Positions 13,999 to 24,322 of a stretch of 64,000 nucleotides of DNA are shown piece after piece (the stretch's first letter is position 1; every line of letters starts with the position of its first letter). Under the pieces are notes generated by a model that worked only from the letters and a program-made list of their open reading frames with translations, did no database searches and was not told where the DNA came from. Both the position numbers and the translations under genes were made by a program. The stretch is from the IMG/VR virus record IMGVR_UViG_3300027708_000012, positions 1-64,000 of that record. One strand, given 5' to 3'.

Positions 13999-14989
13999 TG
14001 TCTATATCCTTAAACCATTGTTTAGCTCGTAATCTGATCTTAAGAGCATTTGATTCTTTAGCACTTACTATTAACCATAATGTTGCCAACCGACCTATTT
14101 TTATTACAGCATCATTTACATCTTTAACGCCTTCCGGCCAGTTGGGCATACTAACCGACCATCCATATTCTATAGCTTGTTCGATAGTCCGTGGGCCTTC
14201 GTGATCCTTGTCTGGCACTAAGACTAATTCTTTGCCCAACTGTTTAAGTAACCAGTTTTGACTATCTTTAATTTCTGCTCCAAGTATGGCGCAGGCATCA
14301 ATACTTAGCGCATCAAAGGGTCCTTCACATACAATTACGAGATCCCTATCGTCTGATTGATTATCAAGATTAAACACATAGCCAGGCTGTTGTTCGCTTA
14401 AATATTTTGGTTTTGCATCGCTAACTGAACGGGCGGTCCATCCTACTACTTCGCCCTTGTATAAGAAAGGAATTATAATTCTATTACTAAATCCTATTTT
14501 AGGAGTCCAGTAAAACGGATAACTTTTTGGATCTATATTTCTATCCAATAGATACTGAATGCATTTTTGAAAGTTTTCAGGAACTGAAAAATCAGATTCT
14601 GCAATTTGCTCTGCCCATTCAATCATACTAAGTGAATCCATTGGCAATGCACGAGAATCAAATTTAGGAATGATGCTACGGATTTCTGTAGTACTATTGT
14701 TATCTAGTCTAAGAGCCTCTAATCGTAACTGAGCAATTGTATCATCCGGAATGTTTAGATTCCGCATAAATTGATTCATCTTTTGACTAATGTGCCTGCC
14801 AGGTTGCCAAGAGCATTTGAATCCGCAATTGAAACAGTGATAGCTTACAGCATCTCCGCCATTAACAATGAATCCACCACGACCTCTATCATCATCACAA
14901 CAAACCGCGTTGAAGCTAATCCAACCGCTCGGAGTTGTTTTTCGCTTTCCGGGTAAGTAGTTTAATAGTGTGCTGGCAATAAGACTCAT
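13991..14989 (-). CDS. gp61: DNA primase (T4 gp61/DnaG-like)
   Basis: N-terminal Zn motif (CC...YHCFNCG); TOPRIM EGPFDA, D.D..G, KDVND. Confidence 0.9.
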   Translation of the reverse strand: MSLIASTLLNYLPGKRKTTPSGWISFNAVCCDDDRGRGGFIVNGGDAVSYHCFNCGFKCSWQPGRHISQKMNQFMRNLNIPDDTIAQLRLEALRLDNNSTTEIRSIIPKFDSRALPMDSLSMIEWAEQIAESDFSVPENFQKCIQYLLDRNIDPKSYPFYWTPKIGFSNRIIIPFLYKGEVVGWTARSVSDAKPKYLSEQQPGYVFNLDNQSDDRDLVIVCEGPFDALSIDACAILGAEIKDSQNWLLKQLGKELVLVPDKDHEGPRTIEQAIEYGWSVSMPNWPEGVKDVNDAVIKIGRLATLWLIVSAKESNALKIRLRAKQWFKDIDNV

Positions 14990-14994
14990 GCCTT

Positions 14995-15023
14995 ATTATA
15001 GCATCTATTACGAGTTAGATCAA
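14995..15023 (-). promoter_or_regulatory. sigma70-type promoter for primase operon
   Basis: TTGATC-N17-TATAAT with TG-n on the - strand. Confidence 0.7.
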
Positions 15024-16129
15024 CAGAGCATTTCACCATAAGATACTGTTACAGTATCAACAGATCCAAACGGTAGCAACGGATTTTGTTGACTACCATA
15101 TTGCCAAACATCAGGATATGTCCAGCTAATTCTTAGATAATTGTAGTTATCGACCGGAACATCCGTAAACGTTAAAGTAGTAGTAGTTGCTGTTGAATAT
15201 GAATGGCTTTGTATCTTTTTAGCATTTCGAAATGATTCAACGGCAATTGTACTATCTTCTGTTCCTTCTATGAATATTTCACCAATGAAGTTTTTCAAAG
15301 TGACTATAAATGTTAAAGTTGAGGTTGGTGTAGCTTCGTAATATTTACAAGGAATAGCACTAGTGTGATTAGTAACATTACCCATAAAATTAATTTCACC
15401 GGTAAATCTATCGTATATTCTATCCTTACGTATTTTAGGAACAGCACTAGTTACTAGTTCCATAGTTCCTACAGCACTAAATCTACTGTCGGTGTATAAT
15501 GGAATATTAGCTCCTTGGGGATCGATAGCGGTAATGCTATATTTTAAATTTTGATATACTAAATCATAAAGATCGTCTTCTGGTATAATAGCTTTTCCAA
15601 GTCCATTCAATATACCTCTTATTGTTAGGTTACTAGCAGACGGCACCGTTTGTTTTGTAAATGCAATACCAATAGTTGTTGTACCTGCATCAATATTTTG
15701 AGTTACTGAGGACACAGTAACTACTCCAATTAACGGAGTACCTAATATCTGTTGTGTCAGAACAAATGCCCCTGTTATGTTAGCTGTAAGAACTGTTATT
15801 GTTGTACTACTAGTAGGAGCAACTGGAAAAGGCGCAACTAATGTGGCGCTAGCTGTAGTAGAAGCTCCTGTAAAAATTGATATAGGGTAAGGACTTGTAG
15901 GTAATGCTTTGCCTGATTGGTCAAACACATTCATTTGTAAACTAGTCAAGGTTGTTAGATCTAGACGCTTTTGATCGGCATTTTGTATGTCGAATTCTAT
16001 GACGTTATCCACGCCTTGATATATTTTTACTGTTTTTGCATACACGACTGTGTTCTCCACGTTGAATCCTGCCAAATCGGCCAAGATGATTTGTCTGTTA
16101 GGATATAAATAACTTTGAATTTTTTGCAT
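15020..16129 (-). CDS. hypothetical protein, probably virion structural (beta-rich)
   Basis: ATAAATA late box upstream; Thr/Ser/Val-rich. Confidence 0.7.
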   Translation of the reverse strand: MQKIQSYLYPNRQIILADLAGFNVENTVVYAKTVKIYQGVDNVIEFDIQNADQKRLDLTTLTSLQMNVFDQSGKALPTSPYPISIFTGASTTASATLVAPFPVAPTSSTTITVLTANITGAFVLTQQILGTPLIGVVTVSSVTQNIDAGTTTIGIAFTKQTVPSASNLTIRGILNGLGKAIIPEDDLYDLVYQNLKYSITAIDPQGANIPLYTDSRFSAVGTMELVTSAVPKIRKDRIYDRFTGEINFMGNVTNHTSAIPCKYYEATPTSTLTFIVTLKNFIGEIFIEGTEDSTIAVESFRNAKKIQSHSYSTATTTTLTFTDVPVDNYNYLRISWTYPDVWQYGSQQNPLLPFGSVDTVTVSYGEMLC

Positions 16130-16155
16130 TTGGCAAGGACCTTTATAAAGTATTT

Positions 16156-16530
16156 ATGGCAAAATTAAGAGACAATATAGAACAAAATTTACCGTGGATT
16201 AGTGTAATTAACTACGGGGACAACGAATATGTTGGTATCATAATAAATCAGGACCAATATGTTACAAGTTTCTATGATTTAGACGCCATCAAAACTCCAG
16301 AAGAAAAATCTGCATTTTTAGAAATAGGTGAGATTTGGTGGTGGGAAAGCAATAGAACATTCCCAATTAATATTTTTTGTAGAGCTCAAATAGAACCGTT
16401 TTCTTACGCCATTAAAACTTTTAACAGCAAAGATACTCGCATTATATTAGGGCCTGTTGTAAATTTAATGAACTTAACATTAAAAAGAGTAAAGCGTAAA
16501 AGTGTACAATTAGTTAGAAAAGTTCGTTAA
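16156..16530 (+). CDS. hypothetical protein (WWWESNR motif)
   Basis: 124 aa; convergent with the DnaE-like gene. Confidence 0.75.
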   Translation: MAKLRDNIEQNLPWISVINYGDNEYVGIIINQDQYVTSFYDLDAIKTPEEKSAFLEIGEIWWWESNRTFPINIFCRAQIEPFSYAIKTFNSKDTRIILGPVVNLMNLTLKRVKRKSVQLVRKVR

Positions 16531-17102
16531 CTATATTCGTAACTTATTCGTTCGCAAATTAGATTCATCTGTACAACAATAGCATGGGCGTAACCAATAC
16601 TATGACTTTTCTTAAAACTATACTCTGCTGTCTTAGTCCAGATTTCATCGGCGATTGCCTGGAATCCTTTTTCCTTACATACTGGGATGAGGTGCTTTTT
16701 ACCAGGTCTGAGAAGTGCAAGGAACATGGCTAGCTCCTCAATATTTTTAGGTTTTAAATCTGCAATTAAATTATGATAGCCGTTTACATGGAATATCATA
16801 TCACAAAATTCTTTTTGTTCTAATAAATCCCACAGAGGTTCTTGATTTAATAATTGTGTCAAATGCTCTTTACTCTTGACACCTTCGTATACACTTACAT
16901 TTAAGAAATCAATCTTAAAATAGCCGCGATCTTCCGCTGTTTTATAATCTAATGTACTAATTCCATCAACAGGATTATACGGAATAGAAGTACAATATAT
17001 TCCAGTATTGTGTTTTTTAGAAATATCAATTCGTGCGTCGATATGCTTTAGTACATTTAAAGCTCGTGTTCTATCTGCAAAATCAATATCAATATCTGGC
17101 AT
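16527..17102 (-). CDS. minimal DNA polymerase III alpha (DnaE)-like catalytic core
   Basis: MPDIDIDF, KHNTGIY, GYFKIDFLN, ALLRPGK and YSFKKSHSIGYA correspond to DnaE PDFDVDF, RHAGG, KFDFLG, ALFRPG and FNKSHSAAY. Confidence 0.85.
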   Translation of the reverse strand: MPDIDIDFADRTRALNVLKHIDARIDISKKHNTGIYCTSIPYNPVDGISTLDYKTAEDRGYFKIDFLNVSVYEGVKSKEHLTQLLNQEPLWDLLEQKEFCDMIFHVNGYHNLIADLKPKNIEELAMFLALLRPGKKHLIPVCKEKGFQAIADEIWTKTAEYSFKKSHSIGYAHAIVVQMNLICERISYEYS

Positions 17103-17268
17103 TATCTATTTTCTTCCATTGGTACTTGCCTTCAGTTGTATGAGGCGTATAAGTTTCTCCAGTTTCTTTATCAATTAATATCCACTTAGCAGGACATTTA
17201 GTTTTAATTGTTAAAATTTTTGGTTTGTCTAGTTCATCAACAACAGTTCCATCTTGTAATGTTCTCAT
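17089..17268 (-). CDS. small hypothetical protein (59 aa, MRTLQDGTVVDELDKP...)
   Basis: Manual translation; overlaps both neighbours. Confidence 0.65.
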   Translation of the reverse strand: MRTLQDGTVVDELDKPKILTIKTKCPAKWILIDKETGETYTPHTTEGKYQWKKIDNARY

Positions 17269-17966
17269 ATATTCGACTCTTTAACCACTTCTTTAACCAG
17301 TGCTGCATCTGCCGGCATTTTCTTAAATTTGTTTAACCAAAAAGATAAATCAATTATATTTTGTATATGTCCTAATTGCTCATCACTAAATTTCTTTAGC
17401 ATGTCTTTTCCATTGCTGCTGTTTAGTATTACCCAAGGACTAATTTTTCCATCTTTAATGTCATAGCATGCACGGCTTAAACTTACATATAAGAAATAAT
17501 GATTCCACGATGCGTTGTGTGCATCACCCCAATCCATCATTGTTTGGAGCGACCTTTGGAGGGCGGTTTCGACGGTTTCTCTTCTGATAAGGTCGAGGAC
17601 GTATTGTTCGTAGAGTTCGTCTCTGCACCAATGGTCCAGCTTGACTCCAGACGTGACCACATAGTCGATAAATTTTTCCGGGTAGAGAGGATTGACGTTA
17701 CTGACAAAACTACCAAACTTAATAAAAGCGTTATAATAAGGACTTTTACAAAAATCTTCATATGTTTTTTCCTGTGTGCTTTGAGGTTGTGCCCTACGAT
17801 AAAATCTTAGAAATGTATCGTATGCTAACACCACATGTCGTTCTTTACGTGCCAAAGCCCGACGTTTTTGTTCGCATATATGCACACCCAATGTAGTTTC
17901 TTTAGTAAAACCTACATTACAATAGCCACATATATAAGGTCTTGGTATAGTAACTAAACTCATCAT
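17265..17966 (-). CDS. hypothetical protein with N-terminal zinc finger
   Basis: CGYC...HICE motif. Confidence 0.8.
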   Translation of the reverse strand: MMSLVTIPRPYICGYCNVGFTKETTLGVHICEQKRRALARKERHVVLAYDTFLRFYRRAQPQSTQEKTYEDFCKSPYYNAFIKFGSFVSNVNPLYPEKFIDYVVTSGVKLDHWCRDELYEQYVLDLIRRETVETALQRSLQTMMDWGDAHNASWNHYFLYVSLSRACYDIKDGKISPWVILNSSNGKDMLKKFSDEQLGHIQNIIDLSFWLNKFKKMPADAALVKEVVKESNI

Positions 17967-18490
17967 TTTTTAGTATTAAAATTAAAATTTATAACTATTC
18001 TTTTTTTATAACTAGTCGGAGAAGAACTAGCATGTTTAATACGTCCGTCAAATATTACTGCACGACCAGCAACTGGGTCAACTTGTTTGATAATTTCATT
18101 TTTATCATTGTAAAAATATGTCGGGCCATCGGAATCGATCACATAGTATAACATTACTAAATGTTCAGAGTCCCAGTCTATATGTGGATTATGTATTCGT
18201 TGTGATTCTTTTATTGTAAACAATCCTGCACGTATTCGTTCAACACTATGTACTGGAACATTTGCTTGTTCAGTTGCTATAAACAATATTGCCATCATTA
18301 TATCAGTCATAGGACTGTGGGTATTGATATCTTTAAAAACATGTGCCCAGCCTTCAGTTTGTACCTCTGCATTTATTCCGGCAATATCGTCAATATAAAA
18401 CCATGGTATTCCGTTATGCGTTAGAAAGATATCTTGTAGATATCTTTGTAAACTTTTAGGCACCGCATTATCAACTATACTAATCATCAT
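17963..18490 (-). CDS. 2OG-Fe(II) oxygenase family protein
   Basis: HNPHID (HxD), FDGRIKH (distal His), RIVINF. Confidence 0.85.
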   Translation of the reverse strand: MMISIVDNAVPKSLQRYLQDIFLTHNGIPWFYIDDIAGINAEVQTEGWAHVFKDINTHSPMTDIMMAILFIATEQANVPVHSVERIRAGLFTIKESQRIHNPHIDWDSEHLVMLYYVIDSDGPTYFYNDKNEIIKQVDPVAGRAVIFDGRIKHASSSPTSYKKRIVINFNFNTKK

Positions 18491-18966
18491 TTTAATTTTT
18501 TTGCAATAGTGGCTTCATCCATACCGTGTGTTCGAGCAAGGTCTTTTATTTCTTTATCTGTGGACAGATTAGCCAATAATTCTAATTCATCTTGCTTACG
18601 ATTAGGATAAATTTCTTCTAAAAACTTCAACTTCTTTCCGCCTGTTCCGGTTTTTTTCTTATGCCCGATCCATTCGTGGAAGAATGTTTTCTCACCGTTC
18701 CAGCTGCACATACACAGCAACAACCACAGTAATTTAGGATGTTTTTGAATTTCATTCCAGTTTTTATTAAAATAGTTATTAACTGTTAGTACATAATGTT
18801 CTTGTACATCTCGTTTATTATCTTTTACACTGCTGATATATCTATTCAATATAAAATATTCGTTCTTAAGACTCTTGCGTTGATCTTCTGTCATTTCGTC
18901 CCAAGCCGCACGAACGTTCATATCAACAAATGCAATTTTTTCTTTAAGTTCGATTTTATCACTCAT
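18487..18966 (-). CDS. putative clamp-loader small subunit (T4 gp62-like)
   Basis: FILNRYIS...N.YFN...HPKL.W pattern; size and replication context. Confidence 0.55.
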   Translation of the reverse strand: MSDKIELKEKIAFVDMNVRAAWDEMTEDQRKSLKNEYFILNRYISSVKDNKRDVQEHYVLTVNNYFNKNWNEIQKHPKLLWLLLCMCSWNGEKTFFHEWIGHKKKTGTGGKKLKFLEEIYPNRKQDELELLANLSTDKEIKDLARTHGMDEATIAKKLK

Positions 18967-19253
18967 AGTTTATCTTTACTAAGTTTGTATATCATTATAG
19001 CACGATCCAATGCCTTTTGTAAAGTCACATTGGTACGTGCTTCTCGCCGAATATCGCCCCATAGTTTAGTTTCTTCAATATGTTCGTGCAATGGCCTGCC
19101 GTCGGGGGTTCGTCCATCAAATCTACGGGCTTCTTCCGGATCATTTACATTATAACCAATTAGTGTTCGTTCTTTCTCTCCAAACTCTCTGGCATATATA
19201 CTATCGCCATCGCGTTCGTAGACATATGTTGCACCAGGTTTGAGATTTCCCAT
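18963..19253 (-). CDS. hypothetical protein
   Basis: 96 aa; coupled. Confidence 0.75.
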   Translation of the reverse strand: MGNLKPGATYVYERDGDSIYAREFGEKERTLIGYNVNDPEEARRFDGRTPDGRPLHEHIEETKLWGDIRREARTNVTLQKALDRAIMIYKLSKDKL

Positions 19254-19759
19254 TATAGTAATCTATCTAATAAAATTATTTCGTTTTGTCTGCTAATTTC
19301 TTTTACAAAATAGGCACAATTAGGTTTTTCGCCGCCGCTAGTAGGAGTAGCTAATAGTTGACCATTTTTCATTTTAGGAAAATACCATTTAACATCGTTG
19401 TAAAAATTAATAATTTTAATTGGTTTAAATTCTAATCTAAAGCTACTTAACGGATTAAACACTAAGGCTTCAAATCCTCTGTCATTCAAACTAGTTAAGG
19501 GTAATATTTCTATTTCACAACTACTAGAGCTATCTCCAACAGCTATACACCAATCAAGTGGCATTGTTACTTCGTCGTTGCCTATTTGCAACACGATTGC
19601 TGGAGCATTAAAACTTTCTAAAAATATTAAAGGCATAAAGAAAAAGTCTGGTTCTTGCGGGTTACTATTATCTAGTACCGCAAATCTAGTATTTTCATCG
19701 ACTTCTTCTGGTAAGTTGTTTAATGAGAATGTCTTATTGTCTAATGTTAGTATCTGCAT
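19253..19759 (-). CDS. hypothetical protein downstream of uvsW
   Basis: 168 aa; SD AAGGA. Confidence 0.8.
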   Translation of the reverse strand: MQILTLDNKTFSLNNLPEEVDENTRFAVLDNSNPQEPDFFFMPLIFLESFNAPAIVLQIGNDEVTMPLDWCIAVGDSSSSCEIEILPLTSLNDRGFEALVFNPLSSFRLEFKPIKIINFYNDVKWYFPKMKNGQLLATPTSGGEKPNCAYFVKEISRQNEIILLDRLL

Positions 19760-19765
19760 AAATCC

Positions 19766-21232
19766 TTATTTTTGCCAATCCGTTTTATCTAAAGTAAACG
19801 GATATTTGGCTTCCTTGTAAAATTTCTTACGTTCAGTAAGATGCCGTTTGGCCCATTTGCAGGTGCTAGTCAAGTCCCAAATTTGGACAAAGTCTTTGTC
19901 TTCTGCTTTTCTAATACCTCGCCCAATGCTTTGTATAACTCTAACAAAGCTCTTTCCGGGCTCCAGAAGAACCAGATTAAAAATACGAGGGATATTAATA
20001 CCAACAGCGGCCACACCAAAAGTCGCCACAATAACCTTGTTATTACTTGTTTTAATTTCATCGTATTCTTCTTTTCGATCTGTTGTTTTGACAGCACCTG
20101 ATATGAAGACAGCGTCTTCTAATTCATTTACTAAAAATTTGCCTGAGTCAATTCTATTTACGAGAACAAGTGTATTGCCTGAGTTGCTTATTGTTTTAAT
20201 TAATTTGCTAATGTATCTCATTCTATCTTCGTTAGTAACAAGATACTTTAATTCTTCTGGATATGTTTTAAATTCAGGTAAATCTATTAACTGAACTACA
20301 TTTACATGACAGTTAGACAGTACGCCTTTTTCCTGTAACTCATGTGCTTTAATGCCGCCTACGACTGGTCCAATGCTAGCAAATATTGGCTCAGCTTCAT
20401 AATCTGCTTTAGGAACAGTTCCAGTTAGTCCCCAACGAATTGGCGCATTACATAGATTTTGTGTGAGTAAATTTTTAAGTACATCTGCTTTAGCCATGTG
20501 TACTTCGTCGACAATTACTGTTTTAACATCTGCCAAAAATTCTGCAAGACTCATGATATCATATTCATGATTTTTACTTTTTTTATCAAATATGTTAAGA
20601 CTTTGCCATGTACAAATAGTATGTGTTTTATCAAGATTCTTTCGGTCGCCGTAGTAAACGCCCACATCTAATCCAACATTAATAAAATCTTCCTCTGTTT
20701 GTTCAACTAGACTTTTGTTAGGTACAATAGTTATTGTCCGGCCATATTTTTCAGCAAGGTGACTCAATGTTGCTGTAGTAATTGTTTTACCAGCGCCGGT
20801 AGCAATTTCTTGCAATGCTTGTGTATTGGTTAAAAATGTATTGATTGCATCAACTTGATAATCACGCAACATAATAGGTTGACCTTCTTGTTGGTGACCT
20901 TTTGGCCAAACTTTGCCTAAGTCGGCCCAGTAAGATTCTGTTACAGGCGCAAACTGAATCTTGCTAGTTGTTCGTAAATCTTCTAATTCGCCTACATCAA
21001 TATCCATGTCCCCAAGTATACCTAAACACTTCTCAAGTTGACTTAGGTACCCATTGCCGCCGAGGCCAAACATTGATACTTTGCCATCCCAACGGCCTAG
21101 TTGATAAGCTGGTCTATACCTTGCTGTAGGATCTAAATATTTAAAAGTTGCTGTTAATTTTTTACGGGCTTCTAGCGATAACCCTTCAAATTTAATATTA
21201 ACTTCGTCTTTGATTACTAGTTTTACAGTCAT
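19766..21232 (-). CDS. uvsW: SF2 DNA helicase UvsW
   Basis: LRDYQ, ATGAGKT, DEVH, GLTGT, GINIP, QSIGRGIR. Confidence 0.92.
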   Translation of the reverse strand: MTVKLVIKDEVNIKFEGLSLEARKKLTATFKYLDPTARYRPAYQLGRWDGKVSMFGLGGNGYLSQLEKCLGILGDMDIDVGELEDLRTTSKIQFAPVTESYWADLGKVWPKGHQQEGQPIMLRDYQVDAINTFLTNTQALQEIATGAGKTITTATLSHLAEKYGRTITIVPNKSLVEQTEEDFINVGLDVGVYYGDRKNLDKTHTICTWQSLNIFDKKSKNHEYDIMSLAEFLADVKTVIVDEVHMAKADVLKNLLTQNLCNAPIRWGLTGTVPKADYEAEPIFASIGPVVGGIKAHELQEKGVLSNCHVNVVQLIDLPEFKTYPEELKYLVTNEDRMRYISKLIKTISNSGNTLVLVNRIDSGKFLVNELEDAVFISGAVKTTDRKEEYDEIKTSNNKVIVATFGVAAVGINIPRIFNLVLLEPGKSFVRVIQSIGRGIRKAEDKDFVQIWDLTSTCKWAKRHLTERKKFYKEAKYPFTLDKTDWQK

Positions 21233-22425
21233 TTTACAGTTAACCTCTGGTCTATAATTGCAGGTTCACTCGACCACTCAACTATGAGATCACAACAATT
21301 TGAATAGACTGCTGTCTTGCCATGGCGTAGTCCCATACGACTATCTAATGTAATTACACTCATTGGTTTCCATGCAGTTTTTAAAAAGAATTTTGGAAGT
21401 TTACCACTAGATACACCAGCAACTTGTGTAGTGTTATCTAGCGGATAATTATATTTGTTGGATGCAATTAGTTTGTTAAAATCTCTACCAGAGTCATCAT
21501 TTGGTAGTCTAAAATAAATTCCTACATGATCGGTAATACTATTTGCAATCAATGCATCGGATAAAATTTGTAAATTTTCTTTGTATTTGTTATTAACTAT
21601 TGTATCAAATATAACGAGTAGTGGTAATCTTCTTAAACTGATAAGACTATTAATTACATCAGATAATGTGTGCTGATTTTTGTCAACCCATATTCTTGTT
21701 TTTGATCTGTTTGCAATATACTCGGTTAACTCTTCTCCAGTATTTTTAATTTCTGTTGAAAGATACTGATATCTAACGCTACGATCGTTAATAATATTTT
21801 TATCTAGTTTTGTTTCAATTCCAAGATCAGCGGTAATTGTCCTGTGAAAATTAGGATATTCAATATTTGTCAGTAAGAATTGATTACAAGTATCTGTCTT
21901 GGACCAAGATTTTATAGTAGCATAATGTGTGTGAAGTTGTTCATCAATATCAAAGTCATGCTCTGTTAATGTATCAATTAGCAATACTACATTTTTTTCA
22001 GTATAGTCAGCTGAATATTTTTTGCCGTTGTTTATTACAATCAAATTCTCACATACTTTGTCGATTGATTGTAATGATTTTCGAATTGCGGTATTGAATG
22101 TAAAGTCTATAGCGATGCAATATTCGCCATCAGTGTCTTTGTCTATATATAGTTTTTTTACTTGTTCAATACGTCTAAATGTTTTACTCCATACCGGAGT
22201 AATAATTGCTTGATTAATTTCTTCAGTGAACTCTGCTAGTTTCTCCGAATTATCTCTAAGAATTTTAATTGCAAGACGACTTTGATTTTCAGTAATAAAC
22301 AAATGACTGTTTACACTTGATGCTAGACTACGTAATACATTGCAATCACGCAAAGAAATAACTTCTTCAATGCGTAGAGAATTAAAATTTACAATTTTTA
22401 ATAACAGGTTATCGATATGTATCAT
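21229..22425 (-). CDS. hypothetical protein
   Basis: 398 aa ORF coupled to uvsW; TATAAT upstream. Confidence 0.8.
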   Translation of the reverse strand: MIHIDNLLLKIVNFNSLRIEEVISLRDCNVLRSLASSVNSHLFITENQSRLAIKILRDNSEKLAEFTEEINQAIITPVWSKTFRRIEQVKKLYIDKDTDGEYCIAIDFTFNTAIRKSLQSIDKVCENLIVINNGKKYSADYTEKNVVLLIDTLTEHDFDIDEQLHTHYATIKSWSKTDTCNQFLLTNIEYPNFHRTITADLGIETKLDKNIINDRSVRYQYLSTEIKNTGEELTEYIANRSKTRIWVDKNQHTLSDVINSLISLRRLPLLVIFDTIVNNKYKENLQILSDALIANSITDHVGIYFRLPNDDSGRDFNKLIASNKYNYPLDNTTQVAGVSSGKLPKFFLKTAWKPMSVITLDSRMGLRHGKTAVYSNCCDLIVEWSSEPAIIDQRLTVK

Positions 22426-22468
22426 ATGATTTATTATACACTATTTTTTCTAAAAAGCAACCTCTTAG

Positions 22469-22500
22469 AAAAAAATAGGCCTTGTATTATTTAAGGCCTA
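22469..22500 (-). terminator. intrinsic terminator after uvsY
   Basis: TAGGCCTT/AAGGCCTA stem plus T-run on the - strand. Confidence 0.7.
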
Positions 22501-22524
22501 TAGTGGGTATTTTGAGTAAATTAG

Positions 22525-22980
22525 TTATATACTTGCATCTTCCATGCCTGCAACACGTAACTTAACAATATTAGTAATTTGCCATTGTTTTTGATCAAGT
22601 GCTTTAGTAATACCTAACCATTTGTTTCGAAGTAAAGCAAACTCATTGATAATTTTTTCAAAGTCAACTACGTCTGCTTCTCCTTCTACATATTTTTCAA
22701 CATCTCTACTACTTAGAGCACGTTGATAGTTTTCTAAATATTTTCGAAAATGTTGACTTTTAAGTCTACGCAATTCAATGTTAAGGTATTCTAATATTGC
22801 TTCAATTTCTTGTAGCTGACTAAATCGTTGCTCTACTACACCGGGCATATTTGCGGCAGCTCTTTCAACATTTCCAATAATTTTTACTTCTGTTCTGGCA
22901 ACATCTAACTCGCCTTCAAAATGTAAAATTGCATCAGGAATGTAAGAAATGTCTTTAGCAATATTAGTATACCAACCCAT
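22525..22980 (-). CDS. uvsY: recombination mediator UvsY-like
   Basis: Y.E.Y.RALSSRDVEKYVEGE...KALDQKQWQI.N..KL..AGM pattern; adjacent to uvsX. Confidence 0.8.
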   Translation of the reverse strand: MGWYTNIAKDISYIPDAILHFEGELDVARTEVKIIGNVERAAANMPGVVEQRFSQLQEIEAILEYLNIELRRLKSQHFRKYLENYQRALSSRDVEKYVEGEADVVDFEKIINEFALLRNKWLGITKALDQKQWQITNIVKLRVAGMEDASI

Positions 22981-23210
22981 TAAAACTCCAGTTCTTGAGT
23001 ATCGTCGTAATCTTCGTCGTCGTTAAGATAATAATCAATAGCTTGATCTAATGATTCGTCTACACCTTTGGCATCTTTTAAAACTCGATCGCTTACTCCA
23101 AAATCTGCAAGCAAATCAATATAACGTTCTGCTACGGTCTCTAGTTGTTTCTTATCTAGATATTCAACAAAGTTTAACCAGATATCGCCTACTTGTGTTT
23201 CATTCAACAT
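22980..23210 (-). CDS. small acidic hypothetical protein
   Basis: 76 aa; coupled between uvsX and uvsY. Confidence 0.75.
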   Translation of the reverse strand: MLNETQVGDIWLNFVEYLDKKQLETVAERYIDLLADFGVSDRVLKDAKGVDESLDQAIDYYLNDDEDYDDTQELEF

Positions 23211-24255
23211 TTTCTTCTGTCTCCTCAGGAATGGTAGTTGTTAAAGGTTTAACATGATAATTCTTCATTATCATATCTAATTTATCATCTTTCCATTCTT
23301 TTCGGTAGAAAAGAAATTCTTCACCGGAGGTTGGATCTACATACTTTAGTCTGTTGCCTTGTTGAACAAGCATACCTTGCTTTTCCAACATATCAACCAT
23401 GCCACTATAAGGGTTCATACCTGTTTCGTATGGTATCTTAATTTGTACAGTTTCAAAAGGTTTACTGTATCGTGTCTTCATGATCTTACAAGCGGCACGA
23501 ATACCCATTACATCTGATACTTTATTGCCATCCTCATCCTCTTTAAGTTTGAGTTTTTTCATGGCAACAACAATACTACTTGCATAAACAAAACCTTGTC
23601 CGCCACTAATTTTATCGTCTGGGTCAAACATATCTTGGCTTGCGTATGTGTGATTTGTACAAACCATACCCACATTGTAACTACCAAACATATTAACACA
23701 ATTGCGAACAAGACTTGTCAATGCTTTAGGCTTACGGCCCATGTCTCCCTTCATATCACCAGCTTCGAACTGGTTAATGTCAGTAGGGGTAAGCAACATA
23801 CCCAATGAGTCTATGACAAATAAAACTTTAGGACGTTCTGCCATTGCTTTATATTCTTTCATAAACTCGCTAATGGTTTTTGCTACGTCATCAATCATAG
23901 CCATATTGAGTTTAAGAAGTTTATCTTCTGTTGTATCTACACCTAAATCGTGTAACCATTTTTCGTCAAGTGCATTTTCACTATCAATCAAGATAACATA
24001 GATACCTTGTTGTTGTGCGTTACGCACTAAGTTTCCTGAACAGATAAAGCTCTTTCCTGCGCCAGACTCGCCAGCGAATACAGTAACTTTACCTAGTGGA
24101 ACACCTTTGTGGAAATCTCCACTGATTAGATAGTTAAGCGTATAATTGCCTGTACTAATCCAATCTGTTGGGTCGTTAAACCCAACACCAAGTCCATCAA
24201 TCGACTTGGTCAAAGTCTTTCTAAACTTTGATAAATCAAAGGCTTTTGTAGCCAT
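23200..24255 (-). CDS. uvsX: RecA-like recombinase UvsX
   Basis: AGESGAGKS, IDSENA, VIDSLG, NHTY, ISGG. Confidence 0.95.
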   Translation of the reverse strand: MATKAFDLSKFRKTLTKSIDGLGVGFNDPTDWISTGNYTLNYLISGDFHKGVPLGKVTVFAGESGAGKSFICSGNLVRNAQQQGIYVILIDSENALDEKWLHDLGVDTTEDKLLKLNMAMIDDVAKTISEFMKEYKAMAERPKVLFVIDSLGMLLTPTDINQFEAGDMKGDMGRKPKALTSLVRNCVNMFGSYNVGMVCTNHTYASQDMFDPDDKISGGQGFVYASSIVVAMKKLKLKEDEDGNKVSDVMGIRAACKIMKTRYSKPFETVQIKIPYETGMNPYSGMVDMLEKQGMLVQQGNRLKYVDPTSGEEFLFYRKEWKDDKLDMIMKNYHVKPLTTTIPEETEENVE

Positions 24256-24322
24256 ATATTTCTCCTAAATGAAAGAACCCGGGCGTACAACTAAGTTGCA
24301 TTGGCCCGAGCCGTGTTTTGCT

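Noticed and set aside
19253-19759. Possible stand-alone Hint-like domain after uvsW
   Set aside because: Beta-rich appearance only; no N-terminal Cys/Ser or C-terminal His-Asn. Needs a profile search.
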